The notes under the pieces: model-generated | The model's database searches: none | What the model was told of the DNA's origin: nothing | What the model saw: only the letters and a program-made list of their open reading frames with translations | Source of the DNA: Synechocystis sp. PCC 6803 substr. PCC-P | Lineage (GTDB): Bacteria > Cyanobacteriota > Cyanobacteriia > Cyanobacteriales > Microcystaceae | Assembly: GCF_000284455.1 (NCBI RefSeq) | Contig: NC_017039.1 | Span: 240,001 to 272,000 of the forward strand | Direction of reading: 5' to 3' | Length of the DNA: 32,000 bases | Position numbers and translations under genes: made by a program | Shown here: piece by piece, positions 26,702 to 32,000 of the stretch | How positions within the stretch are numbered: the first letter of the stretch is position 1 | Layout: each line of letters starts with the position of its first letter

Positions 26702-28471
26702 CTAGGGGTCATGGTCGTCCGGGCCGAAGTCAAAATCGTCTAGGGAAGTTGAGATTACAGCATCGGCACCGGGGGAGCTGGTGTCACTCAACAAGGCATC
26801 CAAGTCATCTAACTCGCCACTTCCACTGGAGGGGGCTTCTCCGAGCATGTCCGCTAAACCGGGAAAAAGATCATCATCCTCGTGTAACTCAGCTTGGTTT
26901 GCATTGCCTTCATCGGTTTGCAGTAGGGCCAGCAAATCGTTGTCAGAGGAATTGGGATCTTCATCTAAAATATTGATGAAAGGATCTCCCCCATGGGTTT
27001 CCGGGTTGAGCTCCAGCAGGTCAGGAAAATCACCACTGCCCTCCCCTAATGTCTCCATGCCGACAAAACCGGCGCTGATGGGTTCTTCATTGGAAAACTC
27101 CGGTAGGAACTCATCCTCATTCTGTCCGGGAAAAAGCTCCGTCTCTTCTGTTTGCAATTCCAAAAGAAAGTCGAGGTCATCGGCTTCAGCGTCCCCATCC
27201 CCCGGCAAAATCTCTTCAGTGGTTAGCTCAGGGGCTGGAGTATCTGTGCCCAGACTTGCCAGTAGATCTTCAGACAGATTCAAGTCATCACCGGAGTCGG
27301 ATGTGAAGGAAAGATCGTCACCAAGGTCTTCCAATTCTCCCAGAGTCTCAGTTTCCGCCGGGGTTTCGCTGAATAAAGGGAGTTCAGGGGCTGACTGTTC
27401 TTCGGTTAACTCGGCTAAAAATTGATCACTACTTTGTTCCGTTTCCGCCGCTTCTGGTGTTTCCACACTGGATAGCTCTGCTAGTTGTTGTCCTGGGTTG
27501 GTGATGCCCTCATCATTGATATCAGGCAATTCCGTTGCCAAGTCCATGGGCTCAAAATTTTCTTCCCCACCACCAAAGTCCATATCTGGTAGGGAGGCTT
27601 CTGGGGGGGCATCAACCCAGTTTTCCAAATCAGCTTCCGCCTCTACCTCGGTGGTTTCAGTGGGGGGAGCATCAAAGGGGGAAAACGTTTCTTCCTCCAC
27701 CATGGGTTCCCCTACTGGCCCCTGGTAGTCTAAAGGTTCGGTTTCCAGTTCTGCTGTGGGAGGAGCATCAACCCAATTCTCTTCCTGTTCTGGAGTAATT
27801 TCCGCTATTTCAGGCGTTTCTTCCGTGACAGTGGCCTCCATGAATTCTGCTACGGGTTCGGCCGCCGGAATAAATTCTTCCCCTGGGACTTCGGTAAATT
27901 CGGCGATCGCCGGAGGAGCAACATCGGCATCAAAGGATTCCTCCTCGGCTAACGGTTCTTCCTGCTCTTCTACCGAGGGTTGGGCTTGCTGAAGCGATTC
28001 AATTTCAGCCTGGTATTGGTTCTGGAGGGCTTGGACTCTGGCTTGGTGTTCCTGCTCCATGGCCAACAACTGAGCTTGCAGGGCGGCAACTTCATCACTC
28101 TGGTCGAGGGGCCGTTGTTCTTCTGCCGGCCCACTTTCCCTGAGGGACTGGAGCTCATCTTCCAAAGCTGTTTTTTCTGCCGTCAACTGGGCCAGGGCCG
28201 CCGCTTGGGCTGTTTGAAGCTCGTCTAACTGGTTACGATGGCTGGACTCCAGAGATTCCAATCTAGCTTGGAGGGCTTGGGTTTCGGCTTTTTGGGCTTC
28301 CAACTGAAATTGGAGAGTTTCGGTATCTTCACTGGCACTTTTGGCACGGCCCAGTTTGCTTTTGGTGCTATCCAACTTTTTCTGAAGTTTGGTAACCAGG
28401 GTGAAATAGGTGCCGGCAAAACCAACGACTAGCCCAATGATTACCGCCAACACCAAAGATAAAGTTTCCAT
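26702..28471 (-). CDS. Large protein with N-terminal TM anchor, coiled coil and long acidic low-complexity tail; function unknown
   Basis: METLSLVLAVIIGLVVGFAGTYFTLVTKLQKKLDSTKSKL, then a Gln/Glu-rich coiled coil, then about 400 aa rich in D/E/P/L; codon usage supports the minus frame. Confidence 0.88.
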   Translation of the reverse strand: METLSLVLAVIIGLVVGFAGTYFTLVTKLQKKLDSTKSKLGRAKSASEDTETLQFQLEAQKAETQALQARLESLESSHRNQLDELQTAQAAALAQLTAEKTALEDELQSLRESGPAEEQRPLDQSDEVAALQAQLLAMEQEHQARVQALQNQYQAEIESLQQAQPSVEEQEEPLAEEESFDADVAPPAIAEFTEVPGEEFIPAAEPVAEFMEATVTEETPEIAEITPEQEENWVDAPPTAELETEPLDYQGPVGEPMVEEETFSPFDAPPTETTEVEAEADLENWVDAPPEASLPDMDFGGGEENFEPMDLATELPDINDEGITNPGQQLAELSSVETPEAAETEQSSDQFLAELTEEQSAPELPLFSETPAETETLGELEDLGDDLSFTSDSGDDLNLSEDLLASLGTDTPAPELTTEEILPGDGDAEADDLDFLLELQTEETELFPGQNEDEFLPEFSNEEPISAGFVGMETLGEGSGDFPDLLELNPETHGGDPFINILDEDPNSSDNDLLALLQTDEGNANQAELHEDDDLFPGLADMLGEAPSSGSGELDDLDALLSDTSSPGADAVISTSLDDFDFGPDDHDP

Positions 28472-28788
28472 GTAATGTCTCCAAAGTGACAGTTAAGTTA
28501 GAAAATACCCATTCCGACCAAGGAGCTCAGCAGTAACGGGTTGTTAGTCTGGTTGACCAACGGGAAAAATCAGTCTTTGTTGAGCTGAGCTAAAAGACTC
28601 AATTCACTGTAACAGTGTGTAACTAAATTGAATGAGCAAGATTAGCTTAAATGATAGGGAATTTTGGGAAAGCGATGCTCCTAAGTCAAAATTTCTTAAG
28701 AATTACCGCCGCAAGCCACGAAAAATTTGTCGGTATTTTACCCACAAACGTTGCCAAACCTATTAGATTTGCATTACTTCAACTTGCT

Positions 28789-29727
28789 TTAATGGGAGCT
28801 TTGACTTTCTGCAAAGGCGGCATATACCCCTTGAACGTTATACCAATTGAGGAAAATTCGGGCAATTTCTAGGGCTAGTTGGGGGCGATCATGGTCAATG
28901 AGCCATTGGAGGAGTGGGGCCATTGTTTTTTCATTCAAGCGTCCCCCTAAGGAGAGTAATCCCCATAGAAACCAATGGAGCCGAGTCATTTGAATCATCA
29001 GCCGCACTTCCCAGGTGGGATGTTTTTGGTAAAATAAAACCCCCATACGCCCCCGTTGTATTTCCTGGTCGATTAATTTGGGGATTTGTTGCAAACTGAA
29101 GGGAGGATGCCAATGATAGCCCACTGCCCGGGGGCATTTAACGAGTTTTAGACCTAAATTTTTCAGTCTGACTCCCAATTCCAAATCTTCCCAGCCATAC
29201 AGTTGAAAGCCAGTGTCAAATAAGCCTGCTTCTAGTAACCATTGCTTGGCGATCGCCACGTTGCCAGTGGCAAAGAAGGCGGCGGAATAATCAGTGAGTT
29301 TGTAGGGTTCCGATTGGGGAGAGTCAAAGTTACAGGTATTGACCACGGCCCCATAGGTAAAAACCCGGTCTGAATTGTATTGTTTTTGGCCCCGTTGTAA
29401 ACCTTCGGCATGGGCTTGGAGAAAAATGTCCGTCACCACCAAATCACTGTCAATAAAAATGATGGTGTCCCCGGCGGCTTCCTTAACCCCAAGATTCCGG
29501 GCGGCAGCGGGCCCCTGGTGGTCCTGTTCCCAGGTTCGGACATGGGGAAATCCCTGGCAATGTCCATCTAGCCAGGCTAGGGTGCCATCGGTGGAGCCGT
29601 CATCCACCACCACAATTTCGTAGCCTGAAATTAAGGTTTCGTCAAAGGTTTGTTGTTCCAGGGCCCGTAGGCATTTTTCCAGGATCGGCAGACGATTATA
29701 GGTGGGAATGACAACACTGAAAAACAT
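28789..29727 (-). CDS. Family 2 glycosyltransferase
   Basis: FFSVVIPTYNRLPILEKCLRALEQQTFDE..., IVVVDDGSTDGTLAWL, GPAAARNLGVKEAAGDTIIFIDSDLVV, ATGNVAIAKQWLLEAGLFDTGFQLYGWEDLELGVRL. Confidence 0.94.
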   Translation of the reverse strand: MFFSVVIPTYNRLPILEKCLRALEQQTFDETLISGYEIVVVDDGSTDGTLAWLDGHCQGFPHVRTWEQDHQGPAAARNLGVKEAAGDTIIFIDSDLVVTDIFLQAHAEGLQRGQKQYNSDRVFTYGAVVNTCNFDSPQSEPYKLTDYSAAFFATGNVAIAKQWLLEAGLFDTGFQLYGWEDLELGVRLKNLGLKLVKCPRAVGYHWHPPFSLQQIPKLIDQEIQRGRMGVLFYQKHPTWEVRLMIQMTRLHWFLWGLLSLGGRLNEKTMAPLLQWLIDHDRPQLALEIARIFLNWYNVQGVYAAFAESQSSH

Positions 29728-29772
29728 AAATAAACCCAGGCATTTTCAAGGGACCTTCCAGCTTAACTTAGC

Positions 29773-30435
29773 CTAGGCGGTCAATAATTCCTGAGCTGTG
29801 TTGGCCACCTGTTCCACCTGATCCTGAGCCAACTGTTGCAGTAGGCTTTGGCGATCGGGATGTTCTAGATGACCCACCGCCAGGGCTAAACGATAGCGCA
29901 CTTGCCAGTCTTCGTCTTGTACTAAGGAGGCAAGCAGAGGTAGGGCTTCCGGGTTGCCCAATTCTCCCAACGCACTGATGGCCGCCGTTCTAATCAAGCT
30001 ATTCTCAGAATCAAGGGCGATTTTCAGCAGGTCGAAGCCCCGGCGATCGCCCATTTCCCCCAGGGTGGCCACAATGCTCATCTGCAAGAGCCATTCAGGA
30101 GTTTCTTCGTAGGCTTTTTGCAAGTCAGGGTAGGCGGCGGTTAATTTTAGCCCCCCAATCACGTCGGCGGCCACCGATTGCACATCAATTTCCGGATCGT
30201 TAAACAGCCGATCGCGCAGGAGTTGCAATGATTGTTCCAAATCGGCTTTACCCACCGGATCCAGTTGACTAACAGCGGCATAGCGGATGCGGGGATTGGC
30301 ATCGTTAACCAAAGGTTTCAGCAGGGGAAAAGCTTCGGCCGGCTCCAGGGCCCGCAATTGATTCAAGCCCCGGACTTTATCACTAAAATTATCCGAACCC
30401 AGTAATGCTTTGATGGCGGTGAGGGAATCACTCAT
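29773..30435 (-). CDS. HEAT-repeat protein (related to CpcE/PBS-lyase HEAT-like repeats)
   Basis: Repeated units: VNDANPRIRYAAVSQLDPV, FNDPEIDVQSVAADVIGGL, ENSLIRTAAISALGELGNPEALPLL, VQDEDWQVRYRLALAVGHLEHP. Confidence 0.9.
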   Translation of the reverse strand: MSDSLTAIKALLGSDNFSDKVRGLNQLRALEPAEAFPLLKPLVNDANPRIRYAAVSQLDPVGKADLEQSLQLLRDRLFNDPEIDVQSVAADVIGGLKLTAAYPDLQKAYEETPEWLLQMSIVATLGEMGDRRGFDLLKIALDSENSLIRTAAISALGELGNPEALPLLASLVQDEDWQVRYRLALAVGHLEHPDRQSLLQQLAQDQVEQVANTAQELLTA

Positions 30436-30475
30436 AACAAGATTGGAAAAATCAACTAAGGGCTAGGGTTAGGAA

Positions 30476-31369
30476 TTAAGACGGGCTGGACCAGCCTGGT
30501 GGATGGAAATGCTGGAGGTCTGCCAATTGTAGGACTTTTGTGGGGTAGCTGCCAAAAATTTTAAGCACTTCTGTGTATTGTTTGAGCTTTTCTAGGGCTT
30601 CCTGGAGTCTGGGTTCCGTTTGGCTGGCTTCTAAATCCATAAAAAAAACATATTCCCCCAAAGACCTTTTGGTGGGGCGGGATTCAATGCGACTCAGGTT
30701 AATATTCCTCTGGGCCAGGAGTTGCAGGGGAGCTACTAGGGCTCCGGGCACATTGCGGGGAACACTAAAGGCAAGGGTGGTATGGCTTCCAGCAAGATAA
30801 CCCTCTGAACTGATCGCCCAGAAGCGAGTGCAATTGTCAGGATAATCTTGAATGTCCGTTTGTAGTACAGAAAGATCGAATAGGGTGGCGGCCCTAGGAG
30901 AGGCGATCGCCGCCGCTGTGGGGTCATCACCAATAATCTGAATCGCTTCAGTGGTGGAATTGGCCGGCACCAAACTTACCTGGGGAAGATGAGCCCCCAA
31001 CCATTTCTGGCATTGCCCCAGGGCTTGGGGATGGGACACAACCTTGGTTAAATCCGCCAAAAGTTTTCCCCGGCTGAGCAAAACATGGGTAATGGGCAGC
31101 ACTAATTCCTGTTGTATTTTTAAATTTTCCGCCGCCCAAAGGCAGTCCAGGGTAATGGCAATGCCTCCTTCCGTCGAATTCTCCACCGGCACGATCGCCA
31201 CATCCACCAAGCGTTGGGCCGCCGCCTCCAGGGTTTTGCCAATGCTGGGACAGGGAAAAAACTCCACCGCCTGCCCAGTGCGCTCCTGATGCTGTTCCCC
31301 ATAAACCAGGGCGACGGTTTCCGTGTTGGTTCCCCTTGGCCCCAAATGTGCAACGACCAATGGCGGCAT
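30476..31369 (-). CDS. pheA: Prephenate dehydratase with C-terminal ACT domain
   Basis: VVAHLGPRGTNTETVALVYG, VDVAIVPVENSTEGGIAITLDCL, NCTRFWAI, LARQ-type region, NLSRIESRPTKRSLGEYVFFMDLE (ESRP motif of ACT domain). Confidence 0.94.
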   Translation of the reverse strand: MPPLVVAHLGPRGTNTETVALVYGEQHQERTGQAVEFFPCPSIGKTLEAAAQRLVDVAIVPVENSTEGGIAITLDCLWAAENLKIQQELVLPITHVLLSRGKLLADLTKVVSHPQALGQCQKWLGAHLPQVSLVPANSTTEAIQIIGDDPTAAAIASPRAATLFDLSVLQTDIQDYPDNCTRFWAISSEGYLAGSHTTLAFSVPRNVPGALVAPLQLLAQRNINLSRIESRPTKRSLGEYVFFMDLEASQTEPRLQEALEKLKQYTEVLKIFGSYPTKVLQLADLQHFHPPGWSSPS

Positions 31370-31430
31370 AAATTCTCCCCAGGAAAGCTGGTACAGAAAA
31401 TGTTATCATTTTGCAGTGGAATTAGGTTGC

Positions 31431-31502
31431 GCCGAAGTAGCTCAGTGGTAGAGTAGCTGATTCGTAATCAGTTGGCCGTGGGTTCAAATCCCATCTTCGG
31501 CT
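31431..31502 (+). tRNA. tRNA-Thr (anticodon CGU)
   Basis: GCCGAAGTAGCTCAGTGGTAGAGTAGCTGATTCGTAATCAGTTGGCCGTGGGTTCAAATCCCATCTTCGGCT; 7-bp acceptor GCCGAAG/CTTCGGC, anticodon loop TTCGTAA, T-loop TTCAAAT. Confidence 0.96.
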
Positions 31503-31599
31503 TTGTTTTTTCAGTCCGCCTACACAATTTTCCCTAAATTTGCTCCAGTCTTTTTAGAACAGATAAAAAGTCTAAGCAATTAGGCCTATACTTACTCTA

Positions 31600-32000
31600 A
31601 TGTCGGGTGCTATACCACAAGGCCCTCGACGAATTGACACACTGAAGCGTCGGGAAATTTTAGGCTGTGGGGGCAGTGCAATTATGGCCAGACAGGATTA
31701 CTGGGCTCCGATTCATCGTCATGAACTGGTTCGCTGGATTAAGGGCAGTGGCAGTGCGAGTTTTTGGCAGAATCCCCTCCTACATAATATTCTTTTAAAT
31801 CTTCTGGTAGCTCTGTTTTATGTTGTAGGAATTAGGCTGAGCGACCAGTTAGTTAGCACTCTATTGCCGGGAAGAATTTCCCCTGTTTGGTTTCCTTCTG
31901 CCCTCACCTTTGGTGTGTTTTTTCACTTTGGTCATTGGGTTACCCCCGGCATTATTCTTGGCTCAGTGTTGGGTTTAGTTTCAGTACTTTCTACCTTTGA
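31600..32000 (+). CDS. Partial CDS running off the right edge; N-terminus of a MASE1-like membrane sensor protein
   Basis: Open reading from ATG 31600 (alternative ATG 31684) to the edge: ...FWQNPLLHNILLNLLVALFYVVGIRLSDQLVSTLLPGRISPVWFPSALTFGVFFHFGHWVTPGIILGSVLGLVSVLSTF. Pattern P-WFPSA...G..PGI.LGS resembles MASE1. Absent from the ORF track because truncated. Confidence 0.75.
   Translation, partial: MSGAIPQGPRRIDTLKRREILGCGGSAIMARQDYWAPIHRHELVRWIKGSGSASFWQNPLLHNILLNLLVALFYVVGIRLSDQLVSTLLPGRISPVWFPSALTFGVFFHFGHWVTPGIILGSVLGLVSVLSTF

Noticed and set aside
26781-27425. 214-aa plus-strand ORF, Ser-rich (with related shadow ORFs 27498-27798)
   Set aside because: It is antisense to the acidic repeat protein. 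The Ser/Lys/Pro-rich composition is the expected mirror of GAx/CTx codons on the other strand.
30948-31409. 153-aa minus-strand ORF, Gly/Pro-rich
   Set aside because: Alternate frame of pheA on the same strand; the pheA frame carries the recognised motifs.
31853-31861. TTAGCACTC, identical to a CIRCE half-site (hrcA is in the window)
   Set aside because: There is no matching GAGTGCTAA at the required spacing, and it lies inside a coding region. No CIRCE element is seen elsewhere in the window.
1-32000. Search for CRISPR arrays, transposases, integrases, toxin-antitoxin pairs, retrons and defence genes
   Set aside because: None was supported. I saw no regularly spaced direct repeats, no transposase motifs and no reverse transcriptase-like ORFs; the TPR and HEAT repeats are protein-coding repeats only.

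Overview
This window looks like ordinary chromosomal DNA from a unicellular cyanobacterium. HIP1 palindromes (GCGATCGC) are very dense, and gene content and order match my recollection of the Synechocystis sp. PCC 6803 slr178x-179x / sll166x-168x region; I could not check this with a search. I can support about 29 coding regions, including one partial gene at each edge, and two tRNAs (Ser-UGA on -, Thr-CGU on +). Recognisable genes are hhoA, msrB, rre1 (ycf29-like), bvdR, spmA/spmB, malQ, a VOC protein, thiL, a REC-PAS-GGDEF protein next to a MASE1 hybrid histidine kinase, hemJ, cysH, hrcA, aroK, an EF-hand-bearing transaldolase, an ArsA-like ATPase, msrA, TPR, J-domain, thioredoxin-like, glycosyltransferase, HEAT and pheA genes. 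I found no mobile element, CRISPR array or obvious defence island. The items most worth a second look are: (1) two tandem uncharacterised paralogs (9062-11641) in the same frame, separated by a single TGA; (2) a transaldolase with a C-terminal EF-hand pair; (3) an ArsA/MinD-family ATPase whose P-loop Lys is Arg, followed by a likely HSP20-like domain; (4) a large anchored acidic repeat-containing coiled-coil protein (26702-28471); (5) a GGEEF protein with an intact-looking I-site beside a MASE1 hybrid kinase; and (6) a degenerate inverted-repeat element at 11666-11734. None is strong evidence of a wholly new system.
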